Assembly: GCF_004010195.1 (NCBI RefSeq)
Contig: NC_057719.1
Coordinates: 66,460,066 to 66,524,065, forward strand
Length of the DNA: 64,000 bases
Source: Chiloscyllium plagiosum
Lineage: Eukaryota
Direction of reading: 5' to 3'
In this document: positions 12,908 through 25,810 of the stretch, one piece after another
Layout of the letters: the number at the start of each line of letters is the position of its first letter
Position numbering within the stretch: the stretch's first letter is position 1
The notes under the pieces: model-generated
Seen by the model: only the letters and a program-made list of their open reading frames with translations
The model's database searches: none
Told to the model about the DNA's origin: nothing
Translations under genes and position numbers: made by a program

Positions 12908-13474
12908 TACATACTTAGGGGAAATAAAGATATGTTCACTGCAGACCCTTTTATTTGATAAATTTGCAGTCATTACACTGAATAGGTATACTGTGGTTGA
13001 AATATTATTCTCTTGAGAGGAGGCAAGAGAAATGATGAGAATGGGAACTAATTGGGAGAGATATTTGCACTTGTCTTGCTACTTCACCAATTAAGTTCTG
13101 AGCAAGGAGGTCTACCACCATTTAAAGTCCTTTAAATGCTTAATGAATGGTCACTTAGGGCCACAACTCACTAACTCTCTGATTCCCTGCATTTCTAGTG
13201 GGTGTTAAATATGGATGGTTTCCCAAACAGGAAACCAGGGTGACCTGCCTATAACATTGGGTGGATGAAGTATCCAAATTCCAAATCTGTAGTTAGTCAG
13301 GATGGGAATTTAGATGGGTGACAAGGGGGAAGCTTCTGAAAGACAGCCTCCACCCCAAAACTTCTCCCAAGTGCCCCCCCACCCAGTATCCACTAAATGC
13401 ACTCTTCAACAAGGAGCTAAAGAGCACTTGCAATCCAGTAGCAAGAAGGTTAGAAGAATAAACCTCAACTGAGG

Positions 13475-14775
13475 TGGGCAGATTGTTGGAGGGAATCCTA
13501 AGGGACAGGATTTACGTTCATTTGGAAGGGCAAGAACTGATTAGGGATAGTCAATATGGCTTTGTGTGTGAGAAATCAGGTCTTTTGAAGAAGTAACAAA
13601 GAGGATTGATTAGGGCAGAGTGGTGGACATGATCTATATTGGCTTTAGTAAGGTGTTCGACAAGGTTCCTCATGGGAGACTGGTAAGCAAGATTAAATCT
13701 CATGGAATACAGGGCGAACTAACCATTTGGATACAGAACTGGCTCAAAGATAATAGACAGAGGGTGATGGTGGAGGATTGCTTTTCCGACTGGAGGCCGG
13801 TGACCAGTGGTGTGCCACAAGGATCAGTGCTGGGTCCCCTGCTATTCATTATTTATGTAAATGATTTGGATGTGAACATAGGAGGTATAGTTAGTAAGTT
13901 TGCAGGTGACACCAAAATTGGAGGCGTAATGGACAACAAAAGAGTACAATAGGATCTTAATCAGATGGGCCAATGGGCTGAGGAGTGGCAGATGGAGTTT
14001 AATTGAGATAAATGTGAGATGCTGCATTTTGGAAAAGCAAATCATAGCAGGACTTATACACTTAATGGTAAGGTCCTGAGGAGTGTTGCTGAACAAAGAG
14101 GCATTGGAATGCAGGTTCATAGTTCCTTGAAAGTAGAGCAGCAGGTATATAAGATGGTGAAGGCGGCGTTTGGTATGCTTTCCTTTATTGAACAGAGCAT
14201 GGAGTATAGGAGTTGGGAGGTCATGTTGCGGCTGTACAGGATATTGGTTAGGCCATTTTTGGAGTATTGTGTGCAGTTCTGGTCTCCCTCCTATCAGAAG
14301 GATGTTGTGAAACTTGAAAGGGTTTAGAAAAGATTTACAATGTTGGAGGATTGATCTCTGGGAGAGGCTGAATAGGCTGGGGCTGTTTTCCTTGGAGCGT
14401 CGGACACTGAGGGGTGACCTTATAGAGGTTTATAAAATCAAGAGGGGCGTGGATAGGGTAAAGAGACAAATATTTTCCCTGGGGTGGGGGAGTCCAGAAC
14501 TAGAGGGCATAGGTTTAAGGTGAGAGTGGAAAGATTTAAAAGGGACCTAAGGGGCAATTTTTTCTCGCAGAGGATGGTGCGTGTATGGAATGAGCTGCCA
14601 GAGGAAGTGATGGAGGCTGGGGCAATTGCAACATTTAAAAGGCATCTGGGTATATGAATAGGAAGGGTTTAGATAGATATGGGCCAAGTGCTGGCAATTG
14701 GGACTAGATTAGGTTGGGATATCTGGTCGGCGAGTTGGACCGAAGGGTCTGTTTCTGTGCTGTACATCTCTATAA
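13475..14775 (+). mobile_element. CR1/HER1-type LINE, 5'-truncated, RT domain to 3' tail
   Basis: [13 protein letters not shown]...[24 protein letters not shown]...[40 protein letters not shown]. Confidence 0.95.
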
Positions 14776-15129
14776 TAGCCTTTAGAACCTAGAAGCTGGT
14801 GATCCTTATGTGACCGGATAGTGTGTTGGGGTGCCGTGATCTCAGTGTTGAGGCCTGCAATATGCTATGTTCCGGTCTAGCTGATTGGCTTGCCACAGTG
14901 GCATTGGTGTGTCAGTTGCACTAAAAGTAGTGACATGGTGGTCTCTCTTGTTTTCACGCATAAAGGCTGAGGTATAGGATTAATTTTATTAAACAATATT
15001 TTATACTTGTCATTATAAATCTTTAAATTTGTACTCATTTTCAGCAAATATTTGCATGGTAAAGGCATAACCGTTAGGCTTTTATGAAAAATGTCTATAG
15101 CAGTATAAACTTGCTAAGCTGCAATTACA

Positions 15130-15772
15130 AAACAAAAACTGAAAGAACTGCACATGCTGGAAATCGGAAACAAAAACAGAAATTGCTGGAAATTCTCAAC
15201 AGGTCTGGCAACATCCATAGAGAGAAATCAGAGTTAACTTTTAGGGTCAGATGTGACCCTTCTTCAGAACTGATCATAGCCAGGATTTTTTTTCAGCAGG
15301 AGATAGGGTGGGGTGAAGAGGGAAGGGATAAACGATAGGTGGGGATGGATCCCAAAGAGAAGGAAGAATAGTTGGACAGAGAAAGGAGTGGGTAAAGATT
15401 AGCCTGGGAGAATGAATAACTACTAATGGAGATTATTAGTGGCTAACAATGAGTTGTGTGTAATAGCAGATCGTGTGCCAGCAAGCCCTGGTGTTTGGAG
15501 GTTTGGGTAAGGATGTGGGAGATGCTGCCTCAAACCCTAAAGTTTTTGAACACAGTGGCCAGCCCTATCCCCAGAGATAGAAACACAGATGTCGAGGAAG
15601 GGAAGAGTCAGAGATGGACCAGGTGAAGGTGACAGCGGGGTGAAAATTGGAAGCAAAATTGATAAATATTCCTATTTCCAATAACACCTACAAATGTGAA
15701 CTCTAATTTCCCTCCACAGATGCTGCAAGACCTGCTGAGCTTTTCCAATAATTTCTGTTTATTTTGGTGTTG
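15130..15772 (-). mobile_element. Penelope-like element fragment (family C): RT piece, terminal repeat with decayed hammerhead, inverted arm
   Basis: Minus 15550-15680 reads FINFASNFHPAVTFTWSISDSSL, then after a frameshift FLDICVSISGDR (PLE RT). Minus 15236-15267 reads CUGAAGA-A-GGGUCA[CAUC]UGACCC-uAAA. TSD aagct(g/a)caattaca at 15116-15129 and 15773-15786. Confidence 0.85.
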
Positions 15773-15849
15773 AAGCTACAATTACATCCTTCCTCCACTT
15801 GAGACATTGAGCACCAAATGAAACAATTAGAAAATGCTAAATTTAAATT

Positions 15850-17600
15850 TAAAGAAGCAGTATCCATCATGACTGGGAGCACAGAAATCTGTAATGGGAA
15901 TTTTTGAATGCTTTATAGAGCAGAAAAGTGGCCAACAAAACCTAAGGGCAAAGAACATAAATGAGTATAAGGAGAGAATTGAAAAACTAATACAAGAGTA
16001 CGAGGGAGACGACAAGAAAAGTTTGTCAAACAACATTTCCGTTAAATATTAAAACATTTTATAAACGTGGAAAGTGTTAGAGATAGTAAGGTAAGAAGTT
16101 GACCTTGTTAAGAACATAAATAGAAATCTTCATGTAATGTTGACAATGTTGGTCTGGCTTCACAAAGAAATATTACACGAGAAGAGAAAAGAGAAGCTAT
16201 GGACTGGATATTAATAGATAGGGAAGACACACTAAAAAGATTAGTAGTTATGAAATTTGATAAGTTATCTGGTCCATTTTTGGAATACATCTCTGGTAGA
16301 ATGAGAATTGTTTGCAATCTTTTCATCATCATTGGATGTAGGCGTTATGGCAGAGGACTGAAGGATTGTTAATTGCTGTTCAAGAAAGTGGAGAGAAATA
16401 AACCAGGGCATCAAAGGAGAGTCAGATGAACATCAGCAGTTGGAATGTTGCAGAAAACTATTACTGGGGTCAGAACATTCATTTGGGAAAGCACTTGTCA
16501 ATCAAGGAGTGCCAGCATGGAATAGTTAAATGCGTATTATGTACTTAACAAATTTAATTGATTATTTGATGAGGAAACAGACAAGTTAGTGCAATGGAAT
16601 TTATGGTGGCATTTGACAAAATGCCTCAGGAGACTTATTAAAGAAAAAAACAATCCCATGGAATTATAAATGAATAAATAAGAAGGACACGGAATTGGTT
16701 CAGTGACAGGAAGCAAAGAGTAGAGGTGGATGGCTACTTTTCAGATAGTTTCCCAAGGGTCATCTTTGCGTCTATTGCTGTACTGAATTCTAATTCCTGA
16801 CTTAGCCCCGGTGTAGGAAATGTTATAAATTTTGGAAATGAAATGAAACTTGTGAAAGTATTAGGTGTAGACTGAAATAATTATGTACCTCCGAATGATG
16901 TAGGCAGCATGGTGAATTGGATGGAAGGATGGATGTTTATATATAGTGTATAAGTGTGTTAAATGATCCAGTTTGGAGGGGGGGGGGGTGCAAGTATAGA
17001 GAGACAGAACACTAATTGCATGATTTTGGAAAGTATGCACCATCAGAGAGATGGTGCTGTTCATTCTCAGAAATCCTTAAAAGTCACTGGACAAGTTGAT
17101 AAGGTCATTAAGTCCTTAGTCAGGACTAAGGACACAAGGATATTTAATTTCACCATTCAGTATACAAACATACCGCACAAACGTCATAAGAATCATTGGC
17201 TGTAACATTGTAGACTATTTTGGTAACATGAATCTGGGGAAGATATACACGCCTCAGAAAGAGTAGAGATGTTTACCAGCATGTTACCAATGATGAGAAA
17301 CTGGACAGACTAGGGTGGTTTGCCTTGCAATGGAAAAGTTTACCAATTGATCTCAGAGATTCTCAAAATGATGAAGGTTTTGATAGAGCAGATAGAGAAG
17401 GGCAGTTCTGTCTGGTGAATGGGTCCATAACCAGAACAAAATATCCAGAGGGGAGATAAAAATTTTCCCAGTCGTAGTTGTTGGGATCTGGAAAGCTGTA
17501 CCTGAAAAAGTGATTGAAATAGATTCCAGAAATCATTATAAAAAGAAGTTGAGCTATGCTTAAGGATGAACAATTTACGGCTTTGCAGACAAAATGATTG
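15850..17600 (+). mobile_element. Old, highly diverged CR1 LINE
   Basis: Remnants of DKSPG (gataagttatctggtcca), QHG, AFDK (gcatttgacaaa) and FTRML motifs in CR1 order. Confidence 0.7.
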
Positions 17601-17617
17601 TCCATTCCATGAGAAAA

Positions 17618-17788
17618 GGAGAAAGTGAGGATTGGAGGTCAGAGTTGAAAAGTGTGATGCTGGAAAAGCACAGCAAGGTCAGGCAGCATCTGAGGAGGAG
17701 AGTCGACGTTTCAGCATAAGCCCTTCATCAGGAATTCAACTCTCCTGCTCTTCGGATCCTACCTGACCTGTGCTTTTCCAGCGCCACA
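17618..17788. mobile_element. Family B Penelope-derived foldback with hammerhead on minus strand (17705-17731)
   Basis: Minus CUGAUGA-A-GGGC[UUAU]GCU-GAAA-CGUC. Perfect 15-bp TSD cattccatgagaaaa at 17603-17617 and 17789-17803. Confidence 0.85.
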
Positions 17789-18652
17789 CATTCCATGAGA
17801 AAATGCAAGCATGAGAGGGCAATCCTTTTTTGGTTTTCTATAAAGTTATGAAATGCAAGTTGTCACATCCCTTTTAATTTTAATGACCGTCCTCTAAGTG
17901 CCAGTTCACCAATCCTGGTCATCTCTAGTGCCAGGGCTCAATTGAGAGCTGGCAATAAGTAAGAAATGCTGTCCAACCTTTGAAAATGCTGTGATACTGA
18001 GGCAGGGAAACTTCAGTAAGCTTTAACTCACTGCATTACTACTCTCTGCTTTAGCATACCTCCTAAATTTTCAATTAAGTTGCTGTTATTAGCTCCACTG
18101 TTTTCAAGCCATTTTCCCAGAAATACAAACTTATTAATACTTTGACAATGAGATTTAAATCAAAAACATCTATATCCTCTGGAAATTTTTTCTGTGTTTC
18201 AGTTAATTTGTGAGTTTTTTTTTCCTGACGTATAAATATGCTCAAGATTTATGACATTTATTATTGCATTCTTTACTCCTAGACTCATTTTTGACATTAA
18301 CTAGCTGTGTTTCTTCTGTCCGAGCAATAGTTTAGATTTTGTGGTAGTGATGACAGCAAAACTGTTGGCATTCAGCACTACTCCCCTGAAACTGACATTA
18401 ACTTTTGGTGTCTTTGTGCATGCCTGGTTAAATATGGAAATCCAGATGTTGCTGTCAGTGATTTTTATGCTTCCCTCTTGAACATGCAGTTGAAGGCATC
18501 CCAGGTTACTATCAAGAAGCAATAATTGAATTAGCAAAACTTGTCTCCTTTTGCTCTCGGTCAGTTGTTTTAAAATAAAATCTTTGGAAAGATTCTAACT
18601 CATTGAAAGATGTCTAACTGCATTTTAACAATGTATTAGGTTCATAATTACT

Positions 18653-18885
18653 ATTCGAGAAAGTGAGGACTGCAGATGCTGAAGATCAAAGTTGAGAGTG
18701 TGGTGCTGGAAAAACACAGCAGGTCAGGCAGCATCTGAGGAGCAGGAGAATCGACACTTCGGACATAATCCCTTTATCAGGAATGAGGCTCATTCCTGAT
18801 GAATGCCTTATGTCCAAAACGTTGATTCTCCTGCTCCTCAGATGCTGCCTGACCTGCTGTGTTTTTCCAGCACCACACTCTCGAC
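18653..18885. mobile_element. Family B Penelope-derived foldback with two decayed hammerheads
   Basis: Palindrome centred near 18787 (caggaatgag-g-ctcattcctg). TSD tcataattact at 18642-18652 and 18886-18896. Confidence 0.85.
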
Positions 18886-19761
18886 TCATAATTACTGTAG
18901 CCTCATTGTCCATGTATAAACCAACTTTATATTCATAGAAGGTCAGGTTTTGCTTTTTATAAAGAAAGAACTTTGCTTTTAACTAAATTGATATGTCACC
19001 TCTTTTAACCAAATCGGTATATTCTAATCATTGACTTCACTCACTCAGTGATGTTTATTTACAGCATAAGAACATAAGAACTAGGAGCAGGAGTAGGCCA
19101 TCTGGTCTGTCAGGCCTACTCTGTTATTCAATAAGATCATGGCTGATCTTTCTGTGGACGAAGGTTCACTTGCCCACCACTTTTAAAAGAAAAAAAAGAG
19201 TGCATTTTACTTCCTGGTTTGCTGTCTGTGAGTTACTTAAGTGTGATTAGCTGTTTAGCCTGCTTGATAGCATCAATGCTGCTAATCCATAGAGGTAGCT
19301 TTGACTCAATGTCATAGTTAGAGGAGTAATGGGAACGGGAGAGGTCAGACTGCAGAGATTGCTAGATCTTTGTAGGCAACCTTCTTTGCGGTCAGTAGCA
19401 ATCACTGTTGCCTTGCCAATGGCTATGAAATCCCAGTCAATGTAATTTACTATAACATGCTTGTATTCAAATACAGAACCAAGCCTTAGCAACAGTGACA
19501 AACTAAAACCAACCTGATTAGCTAAGATGTCTTTTAATGTTCTGTGGTGACCTTATGTTTATCATTTTCCAAATTAATTAGGAATCATGAGTGAGAAATA
19601 TGCTTATGTATAATGTAAGCAGAAGGAGACAGAGAATAGACCTTTTGCCTAACTCTGTTAGTTCATGCCCTTCCAGGCAAAAGCTTTCTTTGCATTTGCC
19701 ATTACTTTCGCCTTCCAGTGCCCTCATTGTTTCTTTAAAAGTAAGTTGGGATTTGAAATAT

Positions 19762-20429
19762 AGAATCATAGAGTCATAGAGATGCAAAGCACAGAAACAG
19801 ACCCTTCGGTCCAACCCATCCATGCCGACCAGGTGTCCCAACCCAATCTAGTCCCACTTGCCCATATCCCTCCAAACCCTTCCTATTCATATACCCATCC
19901 AGATGCCTTTTAAATGTTGCAATTGTACTATCCTCCACCACTTCCTCTGGCAGCTCATTCCATAAAAGTACCACCCTCTGCGTGAAAAAGTTGCCCCCTA
20001 GGTCACTTTTATATCTTTCCCCTCTATGCCCTAAACCTATGCCCTCTAGTTCTGGATTTCCCCACCCCAGGGAAAAGACTTTGTCTATTGATCCTATCCA
20101 TGCCCCTCATGATTTTATAAACCTCTATAAGGTCACCCCTCAGCCTCCGACGCTCCAGGGAANNNNNNNNNNNNNTTTGCTTTCCCAAAATGCAGCACCT
20201 TGCATTTATCTGAATTAACCTCCATCTGCCACTTCTCAGCCCATTGGCCCATCTGATCAAGATCCCGTTGTAATCTGAAGTAACCTTCTTCGCTGTCCAC
20301 TCCACCTCCAATTCTGGTGTCATCTGCAAACTTACTAAGTATACTTCTTATGCTCACATCCAAATCATTTATATAAATGACAAAAAGTAGTGGACCCAGC
20401 ACCAATCCTTATGGCACTCCACTGGTCAC
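19762..20429 (-). mobile_element. Young CR1/HER1-type LINE 3' fragment containing an assembly gap
   Basis: VLGPLLFVIYINDLD...SKFADDTRIGG; SLERRRLRGDLIEVYKIMRG; (ctatga)-type tail at 19762-19780. Confidence 0.95.
20163..20175. other. Assembly gap (13 N)
   Basis: Run of n characters. Confidence 1.
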
Positions 20430-21584
20430 AAAATGACACGAAATCAGCGCAAAAAAATCTGTCAGCTTTAATGGAAGTATTTTGTTTTGTATGATGCAAA
20501 TCATGATCATGACATAATGATATTGAAACACTGATTTTCTTTCAAATGCAATAAAATGACTGGGACAATTGTTAAATGTTGTGCCATATTTGTCGGGGAT
20601 AAAACAGTGACAGACTGAAAACGGATATACATGTACTAGTTTCTTATTGAGGCTCTGTGCCTGACTGGTGCCATTGGTGTTGCTGCCACTATATTATTTC
20701 CCATCAATTTTGCTGATCCTTACAGATGGCCAAAATCAGATTGTTCCAGTTTAACTCTGCAGAAAAGGTTCAGCATTTGATTCAACAATTTCTCAAAGAA
20801 ACTAGGCAGCAAAGGCAATGTGTGTCTTTGGGTGTGTGTGTGCGCGCGCTTCCCACTTCAGCAGCAACCCAACCAGTTGAATTTAAGGATCACTGTGGTT
20901 TTGTTTTATATATCAACCACCTCCCCCCCCCCCACCTCCAAACAAGGGAACAAGACAAGCAGAATTGTGACTTCATGAATGTGAGCTGGTGCCAAGCAGA
21001 CTGGCCTTACTGCATTTTCTGTCCCACCCATTCTGCAACCCTTCTCCCCAACCTCAGTTCTTTTCTATGTCTATTACAGAACAGGCACTGAACCCAAATT
21101 TAATTCCCTCCATTGGACAACCTCCTCAGGAGGGGAAAAATCTGTCAGTCTTAATGGAAGTATTTTGTTTTGTATGATGCAAATCATGATCATGACACAA
21201 TGATATTGAAACACTGATTTTCTTTCAAATGCAATGAAAATCAGATCTCAATTTTGAAAGCACTTTGGGTCTCAACTTCTGCAACCTGCCAGATATTTTG
21301 CAAAACAATACACTGAAAAGGGACTAGTATAGCAACATTTTAGGACTTGATCTTATAATGATAAGATCAACTTTTTGAGCTTCACTTGATTTATTAGCTG
21401 ATGTGAACGTTTTGGTGGGATCTCATTCATTGCAATTATGCTATTTTTATGTGTAAAGACAATTTGGAAGACTTCTCCAACATATTCAATCACTTTAAAG
21501 AAAATTGATATAATTTCAAAAACAGTTTGGATCTGCAGTCTGGGACATTATTTTTTGCCAAGTGATTTTAACTGCATGCTACTA

Positions 21585-22200
21585 TATTATGAAGAAATCC
21601 AGCTGAGTAACGTCTGAAGATGCTGTCACTTTAAAAAGGTTAGTTTGTCCTTGTTTTTGTTTTGAAGAGAGGTGGTAAAGACAGAGGTGCCGAACAGTCT
21701 AGCTAAACAATGGAAGGGGGATGACCAGTTCTCCCAGATCAGGTTTTATCTAGTTTGTTTTTGCTGTAGTAGTCAGAAGATGTCGGAGTCCAGAGGAGTT
21801 GCAAACTTCAGTAAAGGAGTCCTCTGACTTTCCCTGAAATCTCTCTCTGGATGTTGTTTCCTCCTGCCTGTATGAACTTATGTTTGAATTTATCTTTATG
21901 CCAATGGGCATGTTTATGGGATGTTATTGTGTTGGAACAGTTAATTAGTAATAGTTACTATATCGGGTCAGTTAGGTTTTCCAATAGTTAAATTATTCAA
22001 AGTTCCGCTTTCTTTTGTTCATGTTTCAATTGAGGCATTTAAATAAACTCTGTTTTGCTCAAAGCCGTGTGGTCTGACCAGTTGCATCACACCTGGAACA
22101 CCCACTTCACATCAGCCTTCAAAATAAGAGAAAGTTAGTGTCTCGGCTACTTTCTTGAAATATTTTGAGGGGGGGAGGTGGTCTGGTTTGGTCCATAACA
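21585..22200 (+). mobile_element. Probable solo LTR (Gypsy-like)
   Basis: About 616 bp bounded by tattatg...cataaca (one change from TGTTATG...CATAACA), with AATAAA near 22042. The 4-bp flanks match only 2/4. Confidence 0.5.
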
Positions 22201-22807
22201 AATGATGTCATGCTGTTGTCCCTAAAAACTTTAATTATAATTTAGGCTCAAGAAATAAATGTATTTTTGAAATGAGATGTCACTAATAAAATGCCACTAG
22301 TGAGCACTATTCTCTCACTGGTCTGCACTTCTTCAGGAATATTAAATGTGGGTTGAATTTTTACAAGCCAGATATTATGTCTTTCTTTTCATGGTGCTTC
22401 CTTGTTCATCCTCGAACCTAATAGTTGGAAACAAACTGCTGATTTGCAAGGTTAATTCATCTATTAAAGAAAGCAAAGGCTGGCAAATTGAAATAAAGGT
22501 CCAAAAGATTAGAAGCTGAATTAAAAATTTAAAGATTTAAAAAGAACGACTGTTAAGTTTCTGGAACATTTCAAATCACTGTGCATTTTTTTGAAACTTT
22601 CGATTGAAATTCTACTTGGCACATTTGCTGGAAATATTCAAAACTTCCCTGGAGCTGTAATGCTACTGATAATGCAAAAAGACATTCCAGAAATAAGAAT
22701 TTAACTTAAATGAGCTTAATGAAACTTAGAGCTAGTCAACATTCTCATTCAGGTTATGATTGGCTATGAAGGTATAAGCTGCTGTGAGACCTCTGCTCTG
22801 CCAGTTA

Positions 22808-23262
22808 TGGGAGATGGTGGTGCACTGGGAGCGAAACTCTGGGGGGCATGGGTTCAAATCTCACCACGGGAGTCGGTGGAATTTAAATTTAATTTGAAAT
22901 CTGATGTTAGGCAATGCAGTATCTGAGCTCGTTGGCCACTGGGAGTTCTGTGCATACCAATCAGAATGTTGACCTTAGAGGGCCAAGTGGGAAGAATATT
23001 ACAGGGAATGTCAATGTTTGGCATGGGAATTTTACATCAATTGTTATGAAGACCCATCTACATCATTAATGTCCTTAGGAAAGAAATCTGCCATCATGCC
23101 CTGGTCTGACCTACATATAACCTCAGTCCCATAGCAATGTAGTTAAGCCTTCATTGCCCTCTAAAATGGCCTGCAAGCCACTCCATTCAAAGATAATTTG
23201 GGTTGAGCAACAAATACTGGCCTCACCAGGGACACGTACATCTCATGAAAGAATAAAAAAGA
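22808..23262 (+). mobile_element. tRNA-derived SINE, second family, with internal insertion
   Basis: B-box gggttcaaatctc near 22850; body and tail match the reverse complement of 10050-10381. Confidence 0.65.
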
Positions 23263-24042
23263 ACAGCCAATGCTGAAGAAGTTGTATAATGTGAACACCC
23301 AATCGAGTAGAGTTTTAGAGTATGTGTACCATTGCAATCTTATTGTATCCAGAAGTACTTCTAGATAATCAGTAGTACAAAATAAAGACACTGCAGAAAT
23401 CTGTACCGAAAGAAGCAAAAAACAGAAATATTCCTGAGGCCTGGCAGCTGCTGTGGGGGAGAAGCCAATGTAACATTTTGACCTCATGACTTTCATCAGA
23501 ACTGGAGTGTAATTAATTACTGAAAGAAAAACTCCAGTTGGTGATGTGCAAACATATTTTTTACTTTCTTCCAGTGTAACTTTGCTTCAACGAGAAAAAG
23601 ATCCTGATCATCATAAACAATAACTCAGCAAAAGCCATGGAAGAATTCTGGAATTAATGAAGGGGAAATGAATTAGTCTCACTGTTGTGCAGTGTGCTTG
23701 CAGAATATATAGTTTAAACTATTTTCCTGGGTTTTTCCTATTGACTCATCTTGTTAGTACCACGTGATGTCTCAGCAATGGATAAGCCCAATACAGTTCC
23801 TTTGAATTCAGGATGAAACCCTAACAAACCACTTCAGTCAGCTTAAATGTATCCTGCCTTGGCTCGTAAACTTTCTTTTATGTGTTACAGTGCCTGAACA
23901 TTGTCCTATGCTGTAGTACTCTGTGTTTCTACAGTGGCAGCTGGAAGGACTGAGCAGGTATCACTCTAGTGCTACCTTCAGCTTCAGGTTCCACTGCTCT
24001 GCCATACAGCATGCGAACAAAACATGATTATTAACTTGCAGA

Positions 24043-24223
24043 TACAAAGAAACTGCAGATGCTGGAATCCAAAGTGGACAAGCAGGAGGTTGGAAGAACA
24101 TGGTAAGCCAGGCAGCATCAGGAGGCGGAGAAGTCAACGTTTTGGGTATAACCCTTCTCCTGAAGAAGGATTGTACCTGAAACATCTACATCTCCACCTC
24201 CCAATGCTGCCTGTCTTGCTAAT
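24043..24223. mobile_element. Penelope-derived foldback (variant family) with decayed hammerheads
   Basis: Arms meet near 24148. Plus strand CUGAAGA-aggattgtacct-GAAA; minus stem GGGU[UAU]ACCC. Perfect 16-bp TSD attattaacttgcaga at 24027-24042 and 24224-24239. Confidence 0.8.
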
Positions 24224-25039
24224 ATTATTAACTTGCAGACTTTATAAAATTACTTTTTTTTTACTTCATTTGTGAAAGCATAACTTTGAGACCTTTGGAG
24301 GCTTTGGCTTCGAGAGCTCAGAATTCAGTTGACATTGCTGACACCATTTCAACGCTCATGGGCTAAATGCCACCAGTCGAGCCCACTGTAGAGGGGTGGG
24401 TTTGTCGCCAGGTTGCTATAGTTTGTGAGCAGAGGTTTCCATAGCTGTTTGACTTCTGGACTTGTGGCTGCTCATCTGCAGCTGTATCTGGAAAGCCCTG
24501 ATGTAGCCAGCCATTAGGAGTTGGCCCAGCAGCTACACTTGAGGTTTCCACCCAAGAAGGATGCCTGTGCCTGAGGCCTACTTAAGGTGACCATGAAGGA
24601 AAAGGGGAGCAGCTAGTACAGCGCTGTACCTGTTATTGCTCAGAGAGAGAAAACCCCTCCCCTCCACCATGGTTAATAGATGCATTCTGTGGTTTCTTCA
24701 ACAATATTGTTATCCATCCCCAGTTGGCTAGGAGTATGATGCAGAATAACACAGATAGTGTCTTTTCAATTGTTTTAATTGAGCTCATCTTCAGAGCCTG
24801 CCTCTTGCCTTGCTCCATAGTGGCAGAAGCAAAAACAAACTTCACTGGACTGTGACAAAAAGCAAAAGCATTGAAATTTCATTTTCTAACCAGCCGCCAA
24901 CAAGCTACCTCGACTTTATTGATTAATCCTCACCCCTGAGGGTGAAACAGCTACAGAGTGGGTGCAGCAGCATGGAGCCTTCCCCAACTATAAACACATC
25001 CGCATGTAACCAGTGTCACCTTTGAAATCATTTTTTGCT

Positions 25040-25810
25040 TTGATCTATACCCAATAAGGAGACTTTGATTACACCTCCTCCCACCCAGTATCCTACAAGA
25101 ACGCCACCTCATTTTCCCAATTCCTCTGTCTCTGTTGCATCTGCTCAGATGAGGAGATATTCCATTCCAAGCATCCCAGATGTCCACCTATTTTAAACAA
25201 CGTGCTTTTCACCTCTGTCATCAGACACCCTTCACCACACCACCTCCATTCCCCACTCCACTGCTCTAAACCACACCCCCTCTAAACACAATAAAGACAG
25301 GATCACAGTTGTCCTCACCTACCACCCCACCAGTTTCTGCATCCAACACACCGTCCTTAAACACTTGTGCCAACTACAACTAGATTCCACCAGTAAGAAC
25401 ATCTTCCCCCTCCTCACCCCTATCTGCTTTCTGCAAGAACCGTTACCTTCGCCAATCCTTGGTTTGCACTACTCTCCCCACCGCTCCCCACCGAACCCCC
25501 AGGCACCTTCCCATGCAAACATAACAGATGTAAAACCTGCTGGCACACCACCCCCATCACCTCCATGCAGGGCCCCAAACAGTCCTTCCAGGTGAGACAG
25601 AGGTTCACCTGCCTCTCCTCCAACCTAGTTTACTGTATATGATGCTCCCGATGTGGTCTTCACTACGTCGGGGAGACCAAACGTAAGCTAAGGGCACGTT
25701 TCACCAAGCATCTCAGCTGGGCCCATAAGGCTTGTGTTCTTGTTGTGTTCTTACAGCCTCCTACCTGTCTACCTTGGAATGCCAGCATCTGCAATTTTTT
25801 TGTCTCTGTC
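25040..25810 (+). mobile_element. Penelope-like element ORF 3' part (RT thumb, Zn linker, GIY-YIG endonuclease), pseudogenised
   Basis: DYTSSHPVSYKNA..FSQFL...ICSDEE; NKDRI.VVLTYHPTS; QGPKQSFQVRQRFTCLSSNLVYCI*CSRCGLHYVGETKRKLRARFTKHL. Confidence 0.9.
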
